Below are positions 20,789-33,835 of a stretch of DNA of 64,000 bases, piece after piece. The DNA is from Podarcis gaigeae (taxonomy: Eukaryota), in the NCBI GenBank assembly GCA_964106915.2, contig OZ066919.1; one strand, 5' to 3'. The notes beneath the pieces were generated by a model that was not told the origin of the DNA, ran no database searches, and worked only from the letters and a program-made list of their open reading frames with translations. How positions within the stretch are numbered: the first letter of the stretch is position 1; the number at the start of each line of letters is the position of its first letter. The position numbers and the translations under genes are program-made.

Positions 20789-21819
20789 CAAAGGACGAGC
20801 CATAGTTTGTCTGAAGTGATTCAGTGCATGATGAAGTCTGCAGCCACCACATTTTGGACAACATTTGAGCTTGCCCAAACATTGATTGCTGAAGAGAATC
20901 AAGAAAACTTAATTCTTTTTTATTCTCATCACTCAGTGACTGCAGAAGTCATCAAACCACCCTGAGATCTACAGATGGAGGATGATCTGCTGCCACTACT
21001 ACTAAGTACTGGAAAAAAGAGCAACTATGTTTGCAGAACATAGGGTATTATTATTTTATGTCTTTTCATAAGAGAAAATTAATGCCCATGTAGAAAAAGT
21101 GTCCCTTTGGTAATATATAAAGGGTTGCCTGAGTGTCATTTCTGCAACAGGTACATGCATGTCTGTCATAACTGCCCATCCCATTGATCCACCTTCTCTA
21201 TACATTACAAAATGCACACCTTTTCCTGTATTGTGCAATGGCCACCCAGATGTTCTTGGACTCCAGCTGCCCTCATTCCTGACCCTTGGCCATGCTGGCT
21301 AGGGCTGATAGGAGCTGGGACTGACAAGAGGTGAATCTGGAGGATCACAGGCTTCCCACCCCTGCTATATGGAAATTGATATGGGAAGGAGCCAAAGATC
21401 ACATATTTATGTAATATTGGCTGTTACAGCAAGAGTGCTGTGCATTGAGCTTTTCCTAGGCACTGAAACAATCAAGCTCAGCACCATGCACCACTGGTCT
21501 AATAACAGCGTTGTAGGCACTCTGCCCTCCACTGTTCCCATCAAACCACCAAACATTCCTTTGGGGTAAAATTAAATTGGCAGTAACCAAGTGCTTAATT
21601 AGCATGCAGTAGTAATTCTGTTTGTAAACACCAAAGCCAGAGGAATGAAATTTGAAGTAGCTGTGGAAGGTGGAATTGTTTAATGAGATGAAACGCATAA
21701 AAAGGACTGAGGGAGAGAAAAATCTGTCAGTAATATAGCCAACACTGGAGCTAATATGTCTGCATCTGTGCCTATATGAGGAACACAAAAAGTGGGAGCT
21801 TTGGCCAGGCAGTGTCCCC

Positions 21820-22045
21820 TCAACAAACAGGGCTGTTGTATGCTGGCGGCAGGCCGCTCCACTAACTAGATGCTGCCTTCAGCCCCAGCTTCAGCTTCCT
21901 GACCAGACCTCAGGGCAGTTTCCCATAGAGTGCATTGCAGTGAGCTAATGTTGAGGTTACTGCTGCATAGACCCCTGTGTGTCCAAGCTTTTCCTGTCCA
22001 GGAATGGTGGTCGCTGGCATCCCAGCCAAAGGTGAGAAAAGGCAC
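21820..22045 (-). mobile_element. Decayed L2-like LINE fragment
   Basis: Similar to the ~1600-1770 part of the L2 fragment in the first STRIP1 intron. Confidence 0.45.
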
Positions 22046-22073
22046 ACAAGCAGTGATGATGGATCAATGATGA

Positions 22074-22626
22074 TTGTTGTTGTTTAGTTGTTTAGTCGTG
22101 TCCGACTCTTCGTGACCCCATGGACCAGAGCACGCCAGGCACTCCTGTCTTTCACTGCCTCCCGCAGTTTGGTCAAACTCATGCTGGTAGGTTCGAGAAC
22201 ACTATCCAACCATCTTGTCCTCTGTCGTCCCCTTCTCCTTGTGCCCTCCATCTTTCCCAACATCAGGGTCTTTCCCAGGGAGTCTTCTCTTCTCATGAGG
22301 TGGCCAAAGTATTAGAGCCTCAGCTTCACGATCTGTCCTTCCAGTGAGCACTCAGGGCTGATTTCCTTAAGAATGGAAGGTTTGATCTTCTTGCAGTCCA
22401 TGGGACTCTTCAAGGATCACTGCCTTGCCGTGGCGAAGGGGCTTGAACAACTCAGAGAAGCTATGAGCTATGCCGTGCAGGGCCACCCAAGATGGACAGG
22501 TCATAGTGGAGAGTTTTGACCAAACGTGATCCATCTCGTCCTCTGTCGTCCCCTTCTCCTTGTGCCCTCCATCTTTCTCAATATCAGGGTCTTTTCCAGG
22601 GAGTCTTCTCTTCTAATGAGGTGGCC
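22074..22626 (-). mobile_element. BovB (RTE-clade) LINE, 5'-truncated and rearranged
   Basis: Minus-strand ORF MRREDSLGKTLMLGKMEGTRRRGRQRTRWLD...WRALVHGVTKSRTRLN matches the BovB/RTE C-terminus; (CAA)-rich tail; contains an inverted segment and an internal duplication (see findings). Confidence 0.88.
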
Positions 22627-23760
22627 AGTGATGATTACCTCCAAGCTATATACCTGATCCTAAGGGAAAACAGTCCTTTCCAGAGCAGCCAACTGATCTA
22701 TCACTCAGAACCACAAACGGCTCACCCGCTGCTGCGCCCCATTCTTGCCAGGATTCAGTCTCAGTTTATTGGTCCTCGTTCCACCCAGCGGTATATACAG
22801 CAAGGTGCTTGTATGAAATTGCACAGCCTGACCTATTCAGATGTTACGGAGAAATAGAGGGAAATGGGGGAGAGTCATTTTGTTTGACTAAATATAGATC
22901 TTAAGCACCCTTCTGAGCACTTGCTTTTTCACGTGCTGAGAGACGCTGCTGTGGTATGGTCCTGATTTAGGGTGATTCGGGAGGAAATGATGCTTTCATG
23001 ACCACCGAAGGACAATGGTGAAGAAGAACATCACCTCCCTCCCTCCATCTGCTCATACTGCAGTTTAGTGAGCATTAATTGCCTTATGATGGGAAGAACG
23101 AGAGCACGCCGGACAGTAATAGTCTAATCCCTGAAAACCGACAAAACAAGGTCCTGTTGAGATGGAGAAGCGTGTGACGTCAAGGAGAGGCTTAAAATAT
23201 ACTCCCGGGTTGAGGGAAGAAATCACATGACAGTTGTGAAACATGAGCTGCCCTTTTGAAGCACAAACCTAGGCAGAAGATTAAAGGGTGTCAGGGCAGG
23301 AGAGTAAAATTGCAGCTACTAAAACATTGTTTCTTTTCCATCCTTTTCTGAAGGCTCTGGCAGCATCCAGGGAGCCAGAACAGAATTATTTCATTCAGTG
23401 TACGGCCTTTTTGTACAAATGGCTGGCTAACCAGTTCCCCATCTGCTTTGCTTAACTGCCCCAGCTAGGCAGCCAATGAAATAAAAGCCGGGAGCAGTTC
23501 CTGGAAAGGGATAGCATTGAAGGGACCAGCTGCTGGTTCATGTTTGACTGCCCCCTATTAGCTGTTGCAGCTGGTTGATGAATGGAGCTCAGAACTGCAT
23601 CCTTCAGCTTGCTTGCTTATTTGCAATTAACTATGGACTGTTTGCCTCGGCTTGCTTATTGGCTTGACATTAAATCTATCCCTTCGTTTAGCTGAAGGCT
23701 TATATATTTTGTGAATTTTAGCCAGAATCATTAGAATTAGTGCTGTGTAAAAAACAAACA

Positions 23761-24118
23761 GGTGACGCAGGTGGCGCTGTGGGTTAAAGCCTCAGCGCCT
23801 AGGACTTGCCGATCGAAAGGTCGGCGGTTCGAATCCCTGCGGCGGGGTGCGCTCCCGCTGCTCGGTCCCAGCGCCTGCCAACCTAGCAGTTCGAAAGCAC
23901 CTCCGGGTGCAAGTAGATAAATAGGGACTGCTTACCGGCGGGAAGGTAAACGGCGTTTCCGTGTGCAGCTCTGGCTCGCCAGAGCAGTGATGTCACGCTG
24001 GCCACGTGACCCGGAAGTGTCTCCGGACAGCGCTGGCCCCTGGCCTCTTAAGTGAGATGGGCGCACAACCCCAGAGTCTGTCAAGACTGGCCCGTACGGG
24101 CAGGGGTACCTTTACCTT
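23761..24118 (+). mobile_element. Sauria SINE, full length, young
   Basis: tRNA-like head with B box GGTTCGAATCC, (ACCTTT)n tail, 13-bp TSD TAAAAAACAAACA (23748-60, 24119-31), many intact CpGs. Confidence 0.9.
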
Positions 24119-27100
24119 TAAAAAACAAACAAACAAAAGCCTCCCAGTGTTTTTCAGTTATTCTCCATCAATAAATAAAGAATGATTTTTTCCTAGGTGG
24201 GGTGCTGGGTTTTTGCTGCACTTAACTTACTTTTGAGGTGGCTGGAGGGTATTTCTGTGAGTGTGGTTTTTTCATTCTCCAAATCATCTCCCTGGTGGTC
24301 TGCACTCTGCAACCTTCCAGAGTCCCCCTACATATGGTTTTGAGGAACTTCAGGATGGGAAGACAACAGGCCATCCAGGGGTTGTTCTATAATGGAAGAG
24401 GACATTAATTCATGTCCTCCCCACCCCAAAGCCACTTGTAAGTAAATGCAATCTCTTCTAAACCTAGAAGTTCCTAGAATTTCACCCTGCATATGATAAA
24501 CCACCCTCTTTCACAAGAGATGATTATCTGGAAATTTAAAGGCAGGACTTGGCACAGGGCTAGTGAAAATGGGATCATCATATTCAAAAGCTGTGAGCCT
24601 GTAGTTGATGTGGTGGTGTCTACCTCTCTCATTTGAACATAAGAACTCAAAAAGATATTTCATGGATCAGGCTAAGGGCCCATGTAGTCTGGCATCCTGT
24701 ACCCCCAGTGAACAACCACAAGTATGTAGAAAGCCTGTGAGCAGGAACTGAATGCAACAGCACTCTCCCTATTTGTGATTCCCAGCAGAGACATACTTCC
24801 TCTGTATGTCTTTGGACTTGTGTTTGTTGGGGTTCTGGGCAAGATGAGCTTTTGCTCTGACCCAGCCAGGGGTGGGGAACCCAGTGGCTTCCAGATATTG
24901 CTGGACTAGGGCTCCCATCATCCCTTCTTATTGACTAGGCTGTGTGGGAAAGGTGGGTGCTGGAATCCAAGAACATCTGAAGAGCCACTAGATTCTTATC
25001 CCTGAGCAAGGCATTTGCATGCAAGTTGCCATGCTAAAATCTGCCCTGATAATGTAGGGCTTGTTCCCGCAGTCACATTCTGTGGGATGTAGTTTCTTCA
25101 GCAGCAGTAATGTGCCTCTGCAATGAACTTTGGGAAGCTGAACCAGTCCTGTGAATGCTTTGATGCTTGTTGCAGAATCTGCTCCCTACTTATGTCATAA
25201 AAAGTATTGTGGAAAGTAAGTCAGACCATGCATGATGTGAGGAATTGTGACCAGGATACACACTGGATTCACTGGATACACTTTAATCTGAAGGAAAGTT
25301 AACGTAGTTTTGGCTTTCCTGTGTAAGAAATGGTTGTCTGAGTGAGCCCCCAGACAACTCTACAGAAATCCAGGACATTTAAAGGTGGGGGCAATTTACT
25401 TCCAGAAAAAAAGACAGAGGCTCTTTTCTCTAGTCTAGGGAATAGTTCTTCCTAGTTTGTCCATAGGGTAAACCCAACCTTATTGCATTTTTCATTCAGC
25501 TAAAATTAGAACAGAGCACAGTACTAATTAGAAGTGTAGTCAATGCAGAGTAACATTACACGATTGTTTTCTACATCTTTCTGAGCTTAGTGCTTCTCAA
25601 ATAAATCGGCACTTGCTATTCCCGTAATGGCATCATGGTGACTCACGTTCAGAGTGTAACTCTCTGTACCACCCCAGTTGTAAGTGTAAAGTGATTCCTC
25701 ATTTTGCCTTTATGTAGCAGCAAATTATTTCTCATTTTGTATGTCGGCTTACCAGTGTTGCACTGCATGCATGTACACTAGCGTCAGGGGGCATTCCCCT
25801 TGCCTCTAGAAACCTCAGAGAGAAACAGCTGAAACCTGAAGAAAATCATCTTTGTCAACTCTCGCTGGCATTTTATAAGGCATCCTCAGGATCTCTAAAA
25901 GACAAAATAACATGAGGGTGCAGATTCCAAAGGGGACACTATTTCCTTGCTTCCAGTCTCCTCCTCTCTGTACCATTGAAAAGGGGCTTCAATCCAGAGC
26001 AGGGAGGCATAACATTTTATTCCTAGCGTGTTAATGTCTAGCACACTGGGGCATCCACTTACTATGTTGCTTCTTCAGAAAGCACTAGGAGTGACAGCCA
26101 TCTAAATGGGTTACTGACCTGACAGGGTGGGTTACTTCCTGGTCTTAAAGATGGCAGCTGAAGCCTGAAAAGGTGCAATTTAGAGAAAACTCAGACAGTC
26201 ACGATGTCTGCATCGTAACCAAAGAAACTGTGCTTGCTGAGCATTTCCCTGCTGCATACAACTCTCAAAGGGCTCATGGGATGAGGAGATGGCAGCTTCA
26301 GCTCTGACCCAGTCTTGTTACTATTAAAACACCACCTTTTTCCTGAATGCTAGCCTGTTTCCTAAAACAGCAGACTGCAAAATCCTCTCTCGTCAGCATC
26401 CATACTTGCCAAGATCAGTCTTTATCTCCTTGTGTTTTGACTTTTCTTCCCACAAAGACCCAAATGTTGATTTCTCCAAATTATTGCCCCCGCCCTCATC
26501 CTACCTTCCCTCTCCGTCAGCTTGAAACAGCTATGAATGAATGGCTGGTGGTCATGTGATTCTGTCACCATGGAGACACATGGCAGCTGTAAGATGTAAG
26601 AATCAGGATCATAGGAGGGCGGCTGCATAACCAGCAAGTTATTTATAGGTTGCTGTTTGTGAATTTATGGAATCACATCTGTCTTTGAGCATCATGTTTC
26701 ATATTCACTCTGATTCCGGTGGGCCAGGGCATTATTCTTTACAAGCGTGCATTATACAAATCCCCCAAGTCTATGAATTAATCCAGAGAAGGGAGGGTTC
26801 TCGGTAGCTTATACAATCTCTGAGCAAGCTTAGATCAGGCTGGTTTAAAATTCACATTAATTTTTTCATCATGAGATCCTCTCACAAACCTACTCAGACT
26901 TCTCAATACATAGGTCAAACCACATCTTTGAACATAAGCTGCTGATGGCTGCTCCATGAACACATGAAGGAAAAGCCATACAGCAACCCATGATCGTTTC
27001 TTAAACAAAGAGATTTCTTTTTGGTTTTTCCATGCAAATAGGAAGCAGGAGCCAGCACAAGGCGAGATGTGGGATCACCTATTACAGGGTTGAATCTGAG

Positions 27101-28869
27101 AATTTTTGGTTGCTCGGTTTCTCATTTTTCAAATCTTAAATTCGGTTCACCACATTTCTGCAGCAATCTTTGAATTAAAAAAATTGTCATGAAAATTATT
27201 CAGTATTTTAATGCAAATTTCTCCTAATAAACACATTTTTGAATGAAATTTTAGCTGATGTACACATTTTTGCAAACATTCTTTCCAAATATGATGCATA
27301 TTTGTTTGCTATTTTCACCAATATATTCTTTTTTATGCACACTTTAACCGCATATTTGATATTTTACAAACACTGGTTGGTTGGGAACTGCATCACAAAA
27401 TTTGGATGAGTGCAAATTTCAAAGTTTAGTTCTGTTTCTTGCCTTGTTTTGGAAAGTGAGAATCTGATGGATTCACCATTAAATGTGAACTGAATCAATA
27501 TTCTCCCCCATCCCTAACTATAGGTACCCATTTCTGCCCCCTTTCTTAGAAGGTGAACATAATCTATTCAGCCCAACCTTAAACATTTTGTTATCCCCTG
27601 GGTAAAATTTGAAAAATGTGATCCAGCAGGCAGAAAGTTGTATCTGGATCTGAAGAACTTAGCAGTATCCATAAGCTTTCTCTGGCAGAGCAAATAACAG
27701 TTTGGGGTGGGGACTGCTTATAGCAGAAAAAATGATGGGAGAGGGTGAGGGGGAAAGAGTTAACCCACTGCTGGTTATTGCTGCTTTAACTTACCAGCCA
27801 TGGGGAAAGATGGGTGGAGGTGTCAGGATATTATTTTCTTAATTTTTGCTTTGCCAGTTCCATGCTTGCACAGCAGAGAGATGCAGATTGAACTCTTCTC
27901 TGGAGGCTAGACCAGCTTAGGATCCCGTGGATCCTTGCTAGCCCAGCCCTGCCCTGCCCTGCCCCCATTCTACCCTATTTAGGACTTAGGTCATCAGTAG
28001 TTTGTGCCATCAGTGGGCACAGTAGCAGCTTTTGTGGAAGCAGATCCTCACCACCAGCAGCAGCAGTGCCCCAGCCGAGAGAAACACCTGGCTCCCTCCT
28101 GCCGCACATATCTGGCACTAGGATTGCTCTGCTCAGTAGGACATGAGAAGCAATAGGAAAGATGGCTTTTCTTTTTAATGCTGTATAGCCTTTCTTCCTT
28201 AAATTGTCAGTGTAGAATCACAAATTTGTTAAACATCTAAATGAGCTAGGTTCTGCACAATGGATAAATAAGGTGATAGCCCTGCTGGAACGTATTTTAG
28301 TGGGGACCTTTTTCTTACTTATAAAATAATCCCTTTTCCACCAAAAAGAGAAAGAGAGAAAAGAAAAGACTCCCACCAAACAGAATGAACCTCTTGTCAC
28401 ACCTAAGGCTTGTCCAGCACTTTGCCCTAACTCAGACTCCTGCCTTCCACACTGCTTTAGAAAAAATATAAACAAGAAGAGAACATATGATTTATGTCTC
28501 CAAAGACACAGAACTTGACAGTATTTTGTGAGATGTCTCAAGGGACATAACCCACTGTCTTAAGCACACAGGGAAAATTCTGATAAATTGCCATTTAAAA
28601 AACCAAGGAAGCCAAATGTCAAAATATAAATAACTTTATTGGACAGGTAGGGTGGAGGTAAAAAAAGGGAAAAGGAAAGGTAACAACCATCTATAGATAC
28701 CCAGCCCAGCAGATAAAATGGATAATGAAAATCTAACTGAGTCACCAATGTGCTATGTGCTTGGATGAAATCTTTACCCACAGGTAGTTATTCTTTTTAA
28801 ATACCAGCACCATCAAGAAAGACACCCATATTGAGGTTATTGCAATATGGGTGCAAATGCATTTATATT

Positions 28870-29290
28870 TAATATTTATTTGTTTATTAAACTTATATCC
28901 TGCCCTTCCACCCAAAGGAAGGAGCCCAGGGCAGCAACCAACAACTGATATAACAATAAAACGTCCTTACATTATTCCAGTAGAGATGTAGACTGGGAAA
29001 GATCTTGACTTAAAGGCTTGTTGGAAGAAGGTGCTGAAAAGACAACAGAGGTGGCACTTGTCTAATACTTAAGGGAAGGGAATTCTAAAGGATAGCACTA
29101 AGACGCAATTGTGAGAAACAGACCCTCCTGATAATGTGGCATCTGCAGGAGGACTTCAGCTGCACAGCACAGTGATTGGTTGGGTATATAAGGGGCGAGG
29201 TGATCTTTCACATATCCTGGTCCCAAGCTGCATAGGCTTTATACACCAAAACCAGCAGCTGGAACTTGGCCCAGTAGCTTCACATGTTGG
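28870..29290 (-). mobile_element. L2-clade LINE 3' end fragment
   Basis: Homologous to ~1120-1520 (GGAGCCCAGGGCAGC...AAAGGCTTGTTG...GACAACAGAGGTGG...GGTCCCAAGCTG). Confidence 0.65.
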
Positions 29291-29849
29291 CAATATCCTG
29301 TCCCAGCGAGCAGCTGAGCTGAGCTTTTATGCTCCTTGACCAGCCAGGAGCTCATGCGGGAGGCTGCAAGATTGAATGCACCCTCTCTCCAAGCTCTGCA
29401 TCAGACAGGGAGGGGGCACTTGCCCCAGTCCTTGTAGTGCTTACCAACTGTCTCATCAGGGAGCAAGCAAAGTGCTCAGGAACTCGCTTCCTTCTCCAGG
29501 CTGCAGTTTTTAATAGATTACAAAACAGATGAAATAAAGTTATTTCATTGACGGCCCTCATATTGTTATGTACAGAACAACACCGAGGGTGTTTAAACTA
29601 TAATAACAACAGCAACTTCGTACATTAGTGAAGTTGGCGTGTTATGAGATGTACAAAAATGGCACCTACGCAGCAGAATCATCTGCCATGGCTAGCCTTG
29701 GGCTAATCACTTGTCTCTTAGCTACAGTGTTCCTCGACTGAAAAAATAGGGTGTTCTTTGTCTGCCTTTGACCCGTTTTAGGGGTTGGTGTTAGAATTCC
29801 TGATCAGTAGTAGATTTGTACTTATACATGCAGGCTATCTCGTAGCTCA

Positions 29850-30208
29850 GAAAGGGACGCGGGTGGCACTGTGGGTTAAACCACAGAGCCTAGGACTTGC
29901 TGATCAGAAGGTCGGCAGTTCGAATCCCCGCAACGGGGTGAGCTCCCGTTGCTCGGTCCCTGCTCCTGCCAACCTAGCAGTTCGAAAGCACGTCAAAGTG
30001 CAAGTAGATAAATAGGTACCGCTCTGATGGGAAGGTAAACAGCGTTTTCGTGTGCTGCTCTGGTTCGCCAGAAGCGGCTTAGTCATGCTGGCCACATGAC
30101 GCAGAAGCTGTACGCTGGCTCCCTCGGCCAATAAAGTGAGATGAGAGCCGCAACCCCAGAGTTGTCCATGACTGGACCTAATGGTCAGGGGTCCCTTTAC
30201 CTTTACCT
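29850..30208 (+). mobile_element. Sauria SINE, full length, different subfamily
   Basis: GGGACGCGGGTGGCACTGTGGGTTAAA head, (ACCTTT)n tail, 14-bp TSD TATCTCGTAGCTCA (29836-49, 30209-22). Confidence 0.9.
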
Positions 30209-31379
30209 TATCTCGTAGCTCATGGAGCTCAGCAGGCAGTTGACTCCACTCTCCATGTGCACTATTACTTTGCATCTGGCTGAAGTTAAGTGGACCTTAG
30301 GGTTTTAGTCAACAAGGAAGTTGAATCCAGAAGCTTATAGTCTGCCTTTGTTGATTGGTGCATGAAACTGGCAGCATATTAGCAGAATATTTGGTTTATG
30401 GACAAGCTCTGCTGTCATTTGCACAGCAGTTTGGAATCAGAGCTGCCACCTTTTTATGTCAGAAGTGCCATTCCCCTGGAACCTGGGGATGGTGGCGGAT
30501 CAGATAGAACCAATACAGAATCTGGCAGACTGGGGGGTGATGCCAGAATGAGACTTGGTGTTTTATGGCTGGGTGGGTCATGGTAGAATTTGGTCAGCCA
30601 TGAGTGGTTAATTACATCGATTGCTGCCGAACATGGCCCCTCCCACTCTGCCCTTGGCAGTGAGCAGACCTCCATTCTGGGGGCTGGGGGAGTAAGGATT
30701 GCACCACCATGCAGCAGAACCAATTGCCACAGCTGGCTCTCCCTCCCTGCTCTTGGTCACTGAAGGCCTCCAGTCCTGGGGGGAAATGATTAAGAAGCTC
30801 ACAGCTGGACAACAGACTATCAGTCGCCAGTAATGAGAGGGGGAGGAGTGAGATGGGATGGAGGGCAATGGGTGGGGACACTCATGACCAGATGAAAATA
30901 GACTTTGAGTGGAGGATATGCCACCTGAGCAGCGGAATGTGTAAGAGTGGCTAGGAATGTGATTACATTGCATCATTTTATGCAATGTGCTTAGTGGATC
31001 CTTCAGAATAATGCTGCCATTCTGCCAAAGGCGCTTTACCATTTAAAACACCAAAACAAGGACAAGCGGCCTCAGGGCATTGGTGCCACTTCAGGAGCTG
31101 ATGATGGCACTAGTTCTTTGGTTTGGGCTTCTTGCTTTCTGCTTTCCTCTCGGAGCACACAACTTTTTAGACAGATCCCTGTCTGTGTGGTGAAGATGCC
31201 CTGGCTGGATCTTTTCAAGTGATCTTTCCTTTAGACTGCTCCAGAGGTTGAGCTCTCTGAGCTGGGACGTTCCTGATTCTTCAGACCCAAACTCTGGGCT
31301 CTTGATAATACTGCCTTGCCTATATGCGTTGGAACTCTTCTGATCTTCCAGGTGGCAGACCGTCCATTCACACCACAGG

Positions 31380-32510
31380 CTGCTCGCGATTGCGGACACT
31401 TTCCCGCAGTGCCCAAGCGGCTCGCCTGAGGCATGCCGGGAAAAGCGCGCCTTTCACCGAAGCATCAGGTGTTGGTTGGCCCTGCCGGGGAGGGGCCTCG
31501 AGGGTCCGCGGAGCAGCAGCAGCGTCTAACCCCGCTCGGGCCCCCATGCCACCGCTATGGGGGGGCCGGGTGTGAGTGCGGGAGAGGCGGCTGGCTGCTC
31601 CCCCGCGACCCCCTCCCGCCGCCGGATCCCAGAAGGGCGGCGAGCCGAGCTCGTTGCCAGCCGAAGCCCCGCGCTTTCCCACTGACGCGCGTCGGCGAGT
31701 GACTCAAGCCTACGTCACGCGCGCCCGGCCAAAAGACGCTCTCCTTGCCTGGGGAAAGGCGAGCCGCGCCAAGGTGCTCTCACGGCGACGACGACGCAGC
31801 CTGCTCCGTGGGCTCTCGACGGCGACGAGCCGACGGACCTGACAGAGCCGCAGAAAGAGCGAGCCGTCGGGGAGTAGGAGGAGAAGCGGCGGCAGCAGCA
31901 GCAGCGGAGCAACTGGGCGAAGAGCGGCCACCTGGGTGAGCCGAGGCGCGCGTCAGGTCAGGGCGCGCGGCTTTGCCTTCCTCCCATTGCCCAGCCGCCA
32001 GAGCACTTTCCCCGGCGAGTTGTCAGAGGTCCGCCCGGCCCAGCGCAGCCGCCTTCCGCCCTGCGTCCCGGAGGAGTTCCTCGACGGCGCGCCGACGGGG
32101 CGGGCAGCCCACTGGTAAGGAAGGCAAGGAAGAGTGAGCCCTTTGGGGGCAGGTGCAGCGCCTCCTCGCGCCTTCTCCTTCCTCTTCCCTCTGTTTCTTC
32201 CCGGTACGCAGGTAGGATCTGCTTGTTTCGCTTTACCAAAAAGACACGGGGGGGGGGGGAGAGGAAACTCCCGGTTGCTAGGCGAGGATGGAAAAAGGAT
32301 CTCGCCTAGCAACTGGGGAGGAGGAAGGCAGGTGGACCAAGGGTGGAGAAAAGGGAAAAGGGAGCAAGGCGAGGAGGCGCGTCACCTGAAGCCTAAAAAT
32401 AGCCAGCGGTGCGGAACGGAAGGAGGCACGTTTGGGCGAGATAGATGGGGGGGGGGGGGAGACGAGCAAATCGCCCTTTGCTGAAGCCCGGAGGGATTGC
32501 CACGATCCCT
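31380..32510 (+). promoter_or_regulatory. SLC6A17: CpG island promoter of SLC6A17
   Basis: The only long GC/CpG-rich stretch outside repeats. CRE half-sites TGACG (31683-87) and CGTCA (31713-17), AP-1 TGACTCA (31700-06). Confidence 0.85.
31780..31935 (+). other. SLC6A17: Probable non-coding exon 1 of SLC6A17 (start approximate)
   Basis: Lies in the CpG island, has no ATG, ends at donor CTGG|GTGAGC (31936). The first coding exon has its own acceptor at 43949, so an upstream exon is required. An alternative donor may exist at 32115 (CTG|GTAAGG). Confidence 0.6.
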
Positions 32511-33835
32511 TCCGAAGAGATGCTTGGAGAGCTGACATTTTAAGTAAGTATGGGGTGGGGAGCGGGGTATATAGCTCGTCAGTGGCCATCCTGAAATCCA
32601 CGCAGCCTGAAGTGTGACCTTGATTGTAACATTGGGAAAGGAAGCAGAAACCACTCCGTCCTCATGAATAATGAAACGCCGGCGCTTGAATCCTGGCTCA
32701 TTTGGCCCCACCTCTCTCTGGGGCAATTCATCACAGAAGTTAGGGGTATAGAAGATGGGCCACAAGAAGCTGCATTCATTTGACTCCTACGCTGTGGTTT
32801 AGGGTGGGGGAGAGGATGCTAGAGGTTTGTCTTGTTTCGTTTTTTAAAAAAAGCCTGGGCATTTGTGAAAATGTTGGCTGCATTGGAAAGCCAGTTCTGG
32901 ATCTGCTTTTAGCCCTGGTGGAAAAAAAGATGCCATTGGATTTGATATAAATCCTATGCAACTATTCTTCCTTTTTAGTATGCTCTTTTTGAAATGATTA
33001 ATAAACCCTTTTAAAATACAATCCAAGCCATCAGCTATTGACGTATGTACGTACTTGAATGGGGTTTGGAAGTGGAAAGTGACAGATCCAAATAGCCTTC
33101 CTATTAAGATGCAGCTCTGACTGTAACATAACTGCCTAAAAAATAGATTGTGTTTATGGTGTTTGCTCCTGATTTGCATTTGCAATTGGAAGCATGTGTG
33201 CAAAGCTCCATTAACACTTTTGCTTAAACCAGAGTGAATCTGGAGTCAAATTCTTATCGCCGGAGCTATGTGCAAGCTATGTGGGAATTTTAGTGCCCCA
33301 GAAGAAATGTTTAAATGGGGCCTACTGCACCATTTAATGGCACCATCCTCAGGCTGCTGGAGGATCATCCCCTGTCCCACCTCACCTGGTCCTTTTGCTT
33401 GTCAATCTCTGATAAGGCCTCCTTCACTACCATTCCAGGTCCTGCAGCTGCATGAACAGACCCCTTATTGGACTATCTGGTTTCCATTTCCTCCAATATG
33501 CCCTGCACTCCATGCCTTGATGTGCCATGACTTCTTAACCATTTATGGTTCATATCCAGCCTCAGCCCACTTTCCCACATCTTCCCTCTGCTCATTGCAT
33601 CAGGTCCTCCAACCTCTGTTTGTTCCTTGTTGTGCATAAGCAGCAGAAGCACATGTGCCAAGAATTCAGGATGTACCTTTCCTCTTCTGCTGCAGCAACA
33701 AAAGTGCTGTTCCATATTAGTATGTTCCTAGATCTCCACCATGACTGCCTAATTGTAAGGCCAGCACGACATGTGACTCTCTCTACAAATGACATTGAAT
33801 TATTATGCAGCATGCCCCTATAACGTAATAATGAA

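Noticed and set aside
21478-21498. RE1-like TCAGCACCATGCACC
   Set aside because: Only the left half-site matches; the GGACAG half is absent.
31710-31931. Minus-strand ORF resembling a signal peptide (MAALRPVAPLLLLPPLLLLL)
   Set aside because: GTG start; the poly-Leu comes from the GCA/GGA repeats of the SLC6A17 5' UTR, and stop-poor frames are expected in a CpG island.
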